The translations under genes were made by a program, and so were the position numbers. Positions 22,612 through 31,975 of a DNA stretch of 64,000 nucleotides are shown piece after piece; position 1 is the stretch's first letter, and each line of letters starts with the position of its first letter. The stretch comes from Meyerozyma guilliermondii (taxonomy: Eukaryota), in the NCBI GenBank assembly GCA_051546255.1, contig CP128819.1, forward strand, positions 1-64,000, in the 5' to 3' direction. The notes below the pieces were generated by a model that made no database searches, was not told where the DNA came from, and saw only the letters and a list, made by a program, of their open reading frames with translations.

Positions 22612-22989
22612 TGCAATGCAAAAATTGCCAATCGCTGGTTGCATTATGCGCATGCAGGCTCCACATGCGCACAGGTTACCCCACAAATAGAGCGGAGCAG
22701 TCCAGGACCCAGTTGCAAAAAATTCTTTGCTGATCTTTTGGAAGGGCTTGTATTTGTCAGAATCACGGAAGAAACGAGTTATATCCTTCACTCGGGGATA
22801 ATTCAAGCTCCTCCGTGTAATTCCACTAATCAGAGGGTGGCCGTTGATCCGAGACGCACGGTACCCAAGCTTATGCAGGTAAAGCCACAGTGCATATGCA
22901 GGTGAAGCAATAGTATGGCTGCGATTTCTTCACCAATTAGTAATCGTCTACTCCTTATAAACTTCACTTCTGTCCAACTTTTCAACAAC

Positions 22990-23631
22990 ATGTCTACTCA
23001 ATTGAAACTCTACACTGCCAAGACTCCCAATGGGATCAAAGTCTCCATTCTTCTTGAGCTTCTTGGCTTGAAATATGACTACCAGCAACTCAGTATTGCC
23101 AACAATGGAACGAAAGAACCTTGGTTTATTGCCAAAAACCCCAATGGCAGAATTCCAACTTTGGAGGACAAGTCTACTGGAATCACCATCAGTGAATCTG
23201 GAGCAATTTTGCAGTACTTGGTCGACACTTACGACAAGGACCATAAGTTTTCGTACAAGCATGGTACCAAGGAGTACTATTTGCAATTGGAGACCCTTTT
23301 TTGGCAGATGGCAGGATTGGGACCAATGCAGGGACAGGCCAATCATTTCAAGATCTATGCTCCGGAAACGGTTCCTTATGGTATCAACCGGTATATTAAT
23401 GAAACCAAGAGATTGTATTCCGTTCTTGAGATTTTCTTGAAAAATAACGAAAAGAACGGTCCCTATTTGGTGGGTGATCACTTGAGTATCAGTGACATTG
23501 CGAGCTTCGGGTGGGCTAAAGCCGCCGAAAAATTGGGTATCTCGTTTAGCGAATGGCCTTTGGTTGACAAATGGTTTAAGAACATTGATTCGATCCCCGA
23601 GGTTCAAAAGGGTATTGATTTTGATTCGTAA
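22990..23631 (+). CDS. Glutathione S-transferase (Ure2/YfcG-like class)
   Basis: TPNG.KVSI.LE.LGL, NPNGRIP, ESGAILQYL and GLGPMQGQANHF motifs. A TTAGTAA Yap1-type site lies at 22937. Confidence 0.93.
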   Translation: MSTQLKLYTAKTPNGIKVSILLELLGLKYDYQQLSIANNGTKEPWFIAKNPNGRIPTLEDKSTGITISESGAILQYLVDTYDKDHKFSYKHGTKEYYLQLETLFWQMAGLGPMQGQANHFKIYAPETVPYGINRYINETKRLYSVLEIFLKNNEKNGPYLVGDHLSISDIASFGWAKAAEKLGISFSEWPLVDKWFKNIDSIPEVQKGIDFDS

Positions 23632-24933
23632 AAGCGAAGGTTTGATGTGCAATGTTCTAGCAGATATTGTCAATTGGGGACGTTTGAAAACAGATGCCCT
23701 GTATCGTTAGACTTTCTTGAATGAATCTGTTGACCGAATTCACCGTAGACCACGAGTGCCAATACCAGTACTGGTAAACCATTTCCATTTGATTTTGCCC
23801 TGGCGCTATTGCAACCTTATCGCTTTGCATCGTGCATAGAAAATACGTCAAATATGCATATCTCTGCATGTAAATGCAATCAGTACTTCGTAATACGGCT
23901 GGAATGATGAATGAATTCACAGCGTAATATGATAATGCAAGCTACATTCTCATTGAACCGTTCGTTCTATATTTAGCAAAACAGTTTTCGTATAAATTGC
24001 GAGCACTTATGAACAAGCGAATCCCGCTGTTCGGCCCGAAATACAAAATGAGAAGACGAATCTCGAAAATCCACAAAGTTATCTAAACCCAATTAGATTA
24101 ACCGCCCGGAAATATTAAGTCCGAATAGGCGATATGCGTCTTGGGTGTCCCAACTATATCCATGAGTATGTTCATTTCTGCTCCACAAAGAGAGATTCAA
24201 GCACTTAGCTGATGCTTTAGGAACTAGAGTCGGTTAGTATAGAGTAGAGATCGGAATATTTTTAGATCCAAATTCACATTGACTTCCGCCACCGAAACTC
24301 AGACCTCGGCTTTATTCCCAGAATGGTCTACAGATACCACTTTGATAGAGATGCACAGAGGGTTCCTTCAAGCGTTCTTGGCCCACGTTTGATCTTCAAG
24401 TTGATGAGTTGGTAGGACATCGTGCATGAACAGAGCGCAATATGTTGTAAGATAGGACTATCAATAGTAAATCTTGAGAGAGAATGTGAGTTGATAAGAT
24501 ATTATCGAAATCGCTTGAGAACAAGCAGCAGGTTCTGGTGCTCTCATTGTGATTTTTCCGACAAAAGTTGAAACATATAGGGACTAATTGTGACAGCTTC
24601 TATGCATATTATGCATATTGTACATGTATTGTGCAGCACCTAATTTGCACCATGTGCATTCAACTTGAAGGGTTCAAGTTGGACTCTTTAGAACCTGGTT
24701 CTGAAAAACTACCATCGGCACCAATTTCTGCTCAGGAAAGCTTGTGTAGTTTGAACACCGTGATCTTTTACTTTAATAATGACCACTTCATTTGTTAAAA
24801 AATTCAGAAAGATATACTGCAATGGAACTATTATACCTTCGTGCATAACCGTTAAAATTGGAGCGCAACCTCTTATGGCTCTCAGTAAATTATAAAAGAA
24901 GCTATTCCTTCAACAATATCATTCATTCAACAA

Positions 24934-25740
24934 ATGGTCTCTTTCAAAAAAATTATCGTATCCACCGTTGCTCTCGGTATGGTTTCTGCTCAGCCTATCG
25001 AGGATGTGGACAAGAGAAGTTTGGTCCGGAATATCTTTAATGATGTTGCTGGACTCACTGGTAAGATTTATCAAGATGCTCCAAGTATCGTTAATGGCCT
25101 TAAGACCGGAGTTTCTCTTGGAGTTCTTGCTTTCAAAGATCTTAAATGTGCCGCTGAAAACTTTACTGGTATCAAGAAAGCTCCACATACCAATGGTATT
25201 GAGTGGTACGAAAATGCAGAGTACTTGGCTGGTTTAGCCATCAATAATGGAATTGCTGAATATCTTAAGCAACAAACTACATTGACTGTTGAAAATATTG
25301 TCAAGGGTGCTGAAGCCCAAGGTACAGATTTTTTAGTTGAATTTGCCGGACACTTGGGATTGAGCTCAGAAGTTGCAAAACTTTCCAATGCAACTTTTCC
25401 TATTGTGAACAAGTATGCGGTCGCTCTTGTTACTGCAATTGCTCAAAATGTCTAGGCTGTTGCTACCAGTCAAGGAACTGCCAACGCAGTGGATGGTATC
25501 ATCAATACCACCATCAAATTGCTCGAACAAGCTGGAGTTCAAATTGCCGTTACTGGACTTTCCACTGTTCTTGCTCCATACGGTGTAGGATTTCTTGTTG
25601 CTCCATCCCAGCAAGTTATCTGTATTGTTGGATCTACCACCTTTAACGTCGCCACATCATTGGAGGCTTGTACCTTGAACATAAACCCAATTTCTCAAGT
25701 ACTTTCCGAGATGCAAATCTTGTTCAAAAACAGTTGTTAG
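24934..25740 (+). pseudogene. Secreted protein of unknown family, interrupted by an in-frame TAG at 25453-25455; paralog of 26612-27391
   Basis: The frame continues after the TAG and stays colinear with the paralog to the terminal Cys (TSLEACTL...SQVLSE). Confidence 0.75.
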
Positions 25741-26611
25741 GCTACAGAATTTAATCATTGCTTTCAAGTAGCAATTTAGATGATGCTATTTTTGATTCTA
25801 GTCGTTGTAATCCTCATGGGTAGAAGTTGCAGCCACCCAGCCGCGCATATGCATCCTGGGACAGCATGCAGGTTTTGACACATGTGCGCGTTCGGGTTTT
25901 GCAGGTTGCGTTATGCATGAACGCCTAATCCTTCAACGACTGAAAACAAGCAAAAACCGTTATTGAGAAAATCTTTTAAGCATTACTTTCCCCTGAATCA
26001 TGTAGGACAGTTCTGTGGCTTAACGGATTCTAATTAACGAATCCTCAAGAGCTGATTCTTGATCTGATTCCGCTCCTTGTGCAAAACGTGGTAAAGTGAA
26101 GATGCATATCGGCTATTCGGATCGATTTAAAGTCTCGGATTATCCGGCGAGAAATCCACTTCGGATTTGTGAATATATTGGCCGTTGGCATGATATCGGG
26201 TGAAGCTGCAAAATTATTGATTGCGGCGCGCATGTTATGCATATGGAGTGGCCGCGGACGCATCCGGTAACTTCTTTGCATCCAAAATAGTAGCGGCATT
26301 ACTACTTTTGACGGACAACAGTGGTTTCTTTTTTTCATTTTCGTGGAATGCTTGTGATAATGAACCAAAGTTTTGATGGTTTGTCTGATAAGGAATGTTT
26401 AATGTATGGTATCGATGACCAGAGTCAGCTAACATGCTTGTACAGTATGTATAAGATAATGCATATTTTTTTTCGGCTAGTAATAATTAAAACACCTGCA
26501 TTAATACTATTGTTCCCGCTAGCCACTATCAACCCACGTTAAGGGCTTAGAATGCATCGAGAATCAGCTGATGGGTATATAAACTGATGGTATTCCTATC
26601 GATTTTCATCA

Positions 26612-27391
26612 ATGGTTTCCATCAAATATTTTGCACTCACTGCTTTTGCAACTAGTCTCGTTTCTGCTTCTCCGGTTCAAGTCACTCGCAGAGGTTTCTT
26701 GAGCGACCTTTTCCACGAAGTGGCCGAAACTACAGGAGCCATTGTTCATGGCGTGCAAGACCTCGAAGCATTGGCCAAAACCACTTTTCAAGATCTCAAG
26801 TGTGCTGCTGAGAACTTTACTGGTACCAGCAAAGCTCCACACACCAACGGTATTGAATGGTATGAAGATGCCGAGTACTTGGCAGGATTAATTTTGAGTT
26901 CTGGTCCTGCTGAGTACATCAAGAACGAAACAATCCAAACCGTTGAGCAAATCATTGAGGGTGCCGAGGCTCAAGGTTCTGAATTCGTTCAAGAATTGGC
27001 AGGCTACATTGGATTGGCACCCGAAGCCGCTGCTTTAGCCAACGAAACTTTCCCAATTGTCAACTATTTTGCTGCTGCTATTGTGAAGGCTATTGCTGAG
27101 GAGGCTATAGCCATTGCCAAGTCTCCAAAGACCGCACATGATGCTGATACTTTTATCAATCTTGTCATTAGGTTCCTCGAGCAAGCTGGTATTAGCATTA
27201 CTACTACTGCTGGAACTGCTATTCTTAGTGAGTTTGGAGTTGGACTTTTGATTGGTCCTGCTATTACTACCGCTTGTAAAGCAGGATCTGTTGCCGCTAA
27301 TGCTTTGACCTCATTGGAAGCTTGTACCTTAAGGCTGAACGTCTTTTCGCAAGTACTTTCCGAAGCCCAAATTTTACTTCAACAATGTTAG
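26612..27391 (+). CDS. Secreted Kex2-processed helical protein of unknown family
   Basis: Signal peptide, TRR dibasic site, shared DLKCAAENFTG..KAPHTNGIEWYE motif, four Cys, hydrophobic C-terminal helices. TATA box at about 26577. Confidence 0.85.
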   Translation: MVSIKYFALTAFATSLVSASPVQVTRRGFLSDLFHEVAETTGAIVHGVQDLEALAKTTFQDLKCAAENFTGTSKAPHTNGIEWYEDAEYLAGLILSSGPAEYIKNETIQTVEQIIEGAEAQGSEFVQELAGYIGLAPEAAALANETFPIVNYFAAAIVKAIAEEAIAIAKSPKTAHDADTFINLVIRFLEQAGISITTTAGTAILSEFGVGLLIGPAITTACKAGSVAANALTSLEACTLRLNVFSQVLSEAQILLQQC

Positions 27392-27508
27392 TTTGAGAGT
27401 TTTAATATATGTTTTTATAAGTGAATAGAGATTTTAAGAAAGGAGAGTTTATTTAAGATTTAAAGTTGGTGGTGTTAGTTGTGAGGGAGATGTGAGTATG
27501 TCTTGAGC

Positions 27509-27646
27509 ATGCAAATATGTATAATGTATGCAAATATGTATAATGTATGCAAATATGTATCATGTATGCAATTATGTATCATGTATGCAATTATGTATTA
27601 TGTATGCAATTATGTATAACGCATGCAATCATGTATAACGCATGCA
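27509..27646. repeat. 19-bp AT-rich minisatellite (ATGCAA[A/T]TATGTAT[A/C/T]ATGT), about 7 copies
   Basis: Directly visible tandem units with gradual sequence drift. Confidence 0.85.
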
Positions 27647-27953
27647 CTTATTTATCAAGCATACACCTCAGTACAAACCGGGGCCAACCAAACTTAATCG
27701 TACTGTGGCATTTGGCAAGATTCTACTTTTAAAGCCTCAATTCTTGAATTCTGCAAGTTCTGAAATATATGATTAGAAATAAATAGTCAGTAGCCCACTA
27801 GTTTTATGATACTCTTGGTTTTTCTTATCTTTTTGCAGCCGGTGTCCTGCACACAAATCTGCAAGTTGCAACCTAAATCTGCACCATTTAAACTAAACGT
27901 ACCTCTGATCCGATGATTAGCCTCAAGTGCATGCAATTGAACCTCCAACGATG

Positions 27954-28059
27954 CCACCGAGGTTTGTTTGGCACTTTCTAAAAAATTTTGCATAACCACA
28001 GAGGTCGAGCCACTAAGGTTGCAGACATATATAAGCACGATTTGCAGCCACCTTAGTGG
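27954..28059. promoter_or_regulatory. Four ACCTYNGTGG elements, putative Zap1/Csr1 zinc-responsive elements
   Basis: Reverse-strand copies at 27954, 27996 and 28010 and a forward copy at 28050, directly upstream of a COG0523 gene. Confidence 0.65.
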
Positions 28060-28064
28060 TCAAA

Positions 28065-29627
28065 ATGACACAATTTGCACCCGTTCCAATTACTCTCTTG
28101 TCTGGTTTTCTAGGATCTGGAAAGACCACGTTGGTGGAACATATCTTGACCAGTAACCATGGTCTCAAAGTGGCGGTGATTATTAACGATGTATCCAAAC
28201 TCAACATTGACGCGGAATTGATCAAGCACCATAAAGTCACCAATAAGAAAGAAGAACTTGTCCAGCTTCAAAACGGATGTATTTGTTGCACTTTGAGAGG
28301 AGATTTGCTTCAGGAATTGGTAACTCTTGGGAAAAGTGGTGAGTTTCAGTACATTTTGATCGAGTCAACTGGTATATCGGAGCCTATGCAAGTAGCAGAA
28401 ACCTTCACAACCGAGTTTAGCGAAGCTCTTCTTGCTGAAGACTTGTCTTTGACAGCTGAAGAGTCGAAAGTGATCAAGGATGTCATTGATATTGGAGGTC
28501 TTAAGAGCATCACCAAGCTCGATACTTGTGTCACTGTCGTTGATGCTGTGAATTTTTTGTCCACTTTTGAAACCACCGACTTTTTGGCTGACAGATGGGG
28601 AAACAGTGGTCAGCAAGAAGACGAAAGAACCATTTCAGACTTGATGACAGACCAAGTTGAGTTTGCAGATGTGATAATCTTGAACAAGACTTCGCTCGTC
28701 AAGTCGAAAAAGAAGAGAAAAATTCTTCGAGTGATCAAGTCTTTGAACCCAATTGCAAGAGTTATTGAAACAGACTATTGCAAAGTGGACATTAAAGCCA
28801 TTGTAAATACAAAAAGATTTGATTTTGAGGTTGCTTCGACGTCTGCCGGTTGGCTCCAAAGTATCAACGAGATGCAGATGAGAGACAATAATGGAAACAA
28901 AACTTTGGCACCCAAACCCGAAACCGAAGAGTATGGTATCTCCAACTTTGTATATACTTCTAGGAGGCCCTTTCATCCCGAGAGATTGTACAAGCTTATT
29001 AGGGACAAGTTTTATGTTATCGAGCACACTGGTGAGAATGGAGAAAATGGAGGAAAGGGAGAAAATGATGAGGATGAAGAGGAAGAGGAAGAAGAAAATG
29101 GAGAAAACGATGAGGATGATGAAGAAGAGGAGGAGGATGAAGAATCTGAAGAATCTGAAGGACCCTCCGAAAAAGAAATCGTTCGCAACAAGAAGAAGTC
29201 ACCATTTGGCCCTATTCTTCGATCCAAAGGTTTCATTTGGCTTGCTACCCGCCATATCATGAGAGGAGAATGGTCTTCTTCTGGAGTTATGTTAACTATT
29301 AGAGGCGGAATTCCTTGGTTTGACGTTGTGAAACCGGACCTTCCTGCTGAGGCAGAAGAACTTATCAAGAAAGATATGGAAGGAGAATTTGGTGATAGAA
29401 GAAACGAAATTGTTTTTATTGGAGTTGACATCAATAAGAAAGCACTCACAAACGCTCTCGACAAATGCTTGCTTGATGACAATGAGTACAACTCTTATAA
29501 AGAAGTGGTGAAAGAACAAAAGAATCTTTTCAAAGTCGACAGAAGTTTACAAGGAGTTTTTGACGATGGGTTTGAAGACTGGATAATCTACGAGGAGGAA
29601 GAGGAGTGTACCCACAAGCTCTCGTGA
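28065..29627 (+). CDS. COG0523/CobW-family G3E GTPase, putative zinc metallochaperone
   Basis: GFLGSGKTT, NGCICC, ESTG.SEP, Q.EFADVI.LNK, RPFHPERL, RSKG..WLATR and DRRNE.VFIG motifs, with an acidic insert. Confidence 0.93.
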   Translation: MTQFAPVPITLLSGFLGSGKTTLVEHILTSNHGLKVAVIINDVSKLNIDAELIKHHKVTNKKEELVQLQNGCICCTLRGDLLQELVTLGKSGEFQYILIESTGISEPMQVAETFTTEFSEALLAEDLSLTAEESKVIKDVIDIGGLKSITKLDTCVTVVDAVNFLSTFETTDFLADRWGNSGQQEDERTISDLMTDQVEFADVIILNKTSLVKSKKKRKILRVIKSLNPIARVIETDYCKVDIKAIVNTKRFDFEVASTSAGWLQSINEMQMRDNNGNKTLAPKPETEEYGISNFVYTSRRPFHPERLYKLIRDKFYVIEHTGENGENGGKGENDEDEEEEEEENGENDEDDEEEEEDEESEESEGPSEKEIVRNKKKSPFGPILRSKGFIWLATRHIMRGEWSSSGVMLTIRGGIPWFDVVKPDLPAEAEELIKKDMEGEFGDRRNEIVFIGVDINKKALTNALDKCLLDDNEYNSYKEVVKEQKNLFKVDRSLQGVFDDGFEDWIIYEEEEECTHKLS

Positions 29628-29669
29628 TTCATAATACATAGCTAGTATATCTGTACTTCAAGTTTCTCT

Positions 29670-31193
29670 TTAGTACATCCACCTGTAGTTCGGGTTTGCG
29701 GGACCCTCTCGAAGCTCTGATGTAGGTACATCTTTGTATGTGAGATTGACATCCTGCTGTCTATTTCTCCGGCGGTTATCAAAGATCATAAAAGTGGTAA
29801 TTGACGCAATCAATACAATTGCAAGACCACCAAACCCAGCGGTAATTCCCAATGCTGGAACGTACTTGGGAGCATCTTGTGCTCGGAAAATATTGGTGGA
29901 GATGAGCCCAGCAGCATTGGCCAAAGGAACTCCCACCGAACTTATCACCACTCTTCTGTTCTCATTTGGAGTATTATTGTTGTACCAAGTTGAAGTCAAA
30001 ACTGAAGAAGCTGAAGCTCCCGTAGTCATTAGGAAACAAGCAAAGTAAGCCACTCCAAGATGAGACTGAACATCAATGGCACCATAAACTGCAAAACCTA
30101 TCAAGGTGATGAGCACGGCGGTGCAAATAAATGCCGATCTGACTCTGAAATAATCCGAACTGAAAGCTAGAACAATAAGAGCCACTGCTCCCCAAATATT
30201 GGGAGCAACAGTGTACAAGTTTGTCTGGACCGTCGACTTGCCCAAAACTCCAACAATTTGCGGGAACCAATTGTTAATGGAGTTCAAAGGCACACCAATA
30301 CAAATTTCAACAAACATCCACCCGAGAGCCACTGGATGTTTGAACACTTTTATGGCATCTTTGAACACAATTGTCTCACCAGAAGCCGCCGAAGAGTCGG
30401 TGGATACTCTTTCAATGGCACAAGCTCGTTCTTCTTCGGTGAAGAATTTTGCAGTTTCCACAGAACGAGGCAAGAACATGTATGCCACCACAGCAAAAAC
30501 CACCGTACAACTTCCTTCCACAAGGAACAAAATCTGCCATCCGTGAAGATTAGGATTGTTAATCTGGAAAACTCCAAACGAAAGAAGCCCAGAAAATGCA
30601 TTGGCAATGTTAGCCGCAGCATAGAATATCGCAAGTCTTCGGGCAAGTTCGTGTCTTCTGTAAAACTTTGTCAAGTAATAAATGATTCCGGGGAAGAAGG
30701 CCAGCTCACAAAGCCCCAAAAACCATCTAGCAGCCATCAACGACTCGAAATTGAACACCGACACTGCCAAAAGTGTAATCGATCCAAACGTGAACATTAA
30801 CACTGGGATCACTCTGGCTGGATTATATCGCTTGATAAGAAGCGAGAGTGGGAACGCAAACAACACAAACGGAATATAAAAGATAGACAACATCAAATTC
30901 CATCTGGAACCAGTAATGTTCAAATCAACGTCAAGCCCATCGGTCTTGGCATTTGAAATATTTCCCTTATCCAAGGCATTGAAAAGGTACATGAGAGCCG
31001 TCATGGGAAGAATACGAAAGTCGAGCTTGCGGCAGATCCTCCTTTCAAGTTTATGGTCAACATGGTCATCATTGACAGGAATAATGGCACCGTTGTTGGA
31101 GGTGACGGTGGTGAAATTTTGGTTATTTGACTCTAGGCTTGAAACCGACTTACGTTCTACCACCGAGGGGTTCTTAGACGTTTGCTTGGACAT
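29670..31193 (-). CDS. MFS transporter, anion:cation symporter (Dal5/Tna1-like) family
   Basis: RKLDFRILP, LDKGNISNAK, FYRRHELARR, GW..LF.VEG and DAPKY motifs. Confidence 0.92.
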   Translation of the reverse strand: MSKQTSKNPSVVERKSVSSLESNNQNFTTVTSNNGAIIPVNDDHVDHKLERRICRKLDFRILPMTALMYLFNALDKGNISNAKTDGLDVDLNITGSRWNLMLSIFYIPFVLFAFPLSLLIKRYNPARVIPVLMFTFGSITLLAVSVFNFESLMAARWFLGLCELAFFPGIIYYLTKFYRRHELARRLAIFYAAANIANAFSGLLSFGVFQINNPNLHGWQILFLVEGSCTVVFAVVAYMFLPRSVETAKFFTEEERACAIERVSTDSSAASGETIVFKDAIKVFKHPVALGWMFVEICIGVPLNSINNWFPQIVGVLGKSTVQTNLYTVAPNIWGAVALIVLAFSSDYFRVRSAFICTAVLITLIGFAVYGAIDVQSHLGVAYFACFLMTTGASASSVLTSTWYNNNTPNENRRVVISSVGVPLANAAGLISTNIFRAQDAPKYVPALGITAGFGGLAIVLIASITTFMIFDNRRRNRQQDVNLTYKDVPTSELREGPANPNYRWMY

Positions 31194-31263
31194 CGTTTAT
31201 GGCTGGAAAGCATCTGGAGGGGGTTTAAGTACACAGAAGTGGAGAGATAAGCTATCTGATAAT

Positions 31264-31380
31264 GTGGGGTTGGTGGTGGGGGGCCGCGAACGGTGGGCCC
31301 CCACCGTCCGTGCGCGGCAAAATCGTATCGGGCGCTTCGCATGCTTCGCACGCTTAGCGCGGCGGCCACCCTGGTGGGGG
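31264..31380. promoter_or_regulatory. GTGGGG/CCCCAC sites in the divergent MFS/RidA promoter
   Basis: GTGGGG at 31264, 31276 and 31374, and a near-palindrome CGGTGGGCCCCCACCG at 31291. Confidence 0.65.
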
Positions 31381-31422
31381 GCAAGGTATATATTCACCAA
31401 CCCCAATTCTTCCCCCTCAGTC

Positions 31423-31800
31423 ATGGTAGCCGAAAAATTGGAATGGTCAGCAATTGATGGTCAGGAACACCCGGTGTTGGGTCCTGCTTGGAAAAGTAAC
31501 GGCCATGTCTTCACTTCTGGAATTGTAGGCCAGAACTACACTACTGGCGAAATTCCCGAATCGCTCGAAGAGCAAACGGAACTCGCAATTGCCAACGTTA
31601 AGCGCATTCTCGAGGCCTCGGGTTCGAGCCTCGACAAGGTGTTTAAGGTGATGATGTTCATTTCGCACGCAGATTACAAAACTTTTAATGAAATTTACGG
31701 CAAGTACTTTCCTCAAAAGCCGGCCCGCAGCTGTGTGATAGCCGCATTCATGGATGCCCGCATCAAGGTTGAGTTGGAGGTTATAGCTACTACAGATTAA
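31423..31800 (+). CDS. RidA/YjgF/UK114 family enamine/imine deaminase
   Basis: VFTSG, EEQTELA..N...IL.A.GSSL..V.KV, FN.IY..YF...PARSCV (catalytic Arg present) and VELEVIA motifs. Confidence 0.92.
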   Translation: MVAEKLEWSAIDGQEHPVLGPAWKSNGHVFTSGIVGQNYTTGEIPESLEEQTELAIANVKRILEASGSSLDKVFKVMMFISHADYKTFNEIYGKYFPQKPARSCVIAAFMDARIKVELEVIATTD

Positions 31801-31975
31801 AATAAATAACGATCATTCGTATTGGATCAAAAAGTGACCTATCAGTAGTGACAGATCAGTTTGTAACTTATCATTAAATGACTTGTCAGTCTTTGACCTA
31901 TCAGTTCTATCACTCGTAAGTATTCTCGTTTTTGCATCCATGCACCTTTATAAACCCGGCGCCCCACATTTCTCC

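Noticed and set aside
27509..27646. CRISPR-like appearance of short repeats (also the 50.2-51.1 kb repeats)
   Set aside because: No unique spacers, eukaryotic context, no cas genes.
29035..29165. GAA/GAG/GAT low-complexity tract and its poly-Ser antisense ORF
   Set aside because: It simply encodes the acidic insert of the COG0523 protein.
30916..31422. Apparent 169-aa N-terminal extension of RidA
   Set aside because: It overlaps the MFS gene in antisense and crosses the promoter. The real ATG is at 31423, after the TATA box at about 31387.
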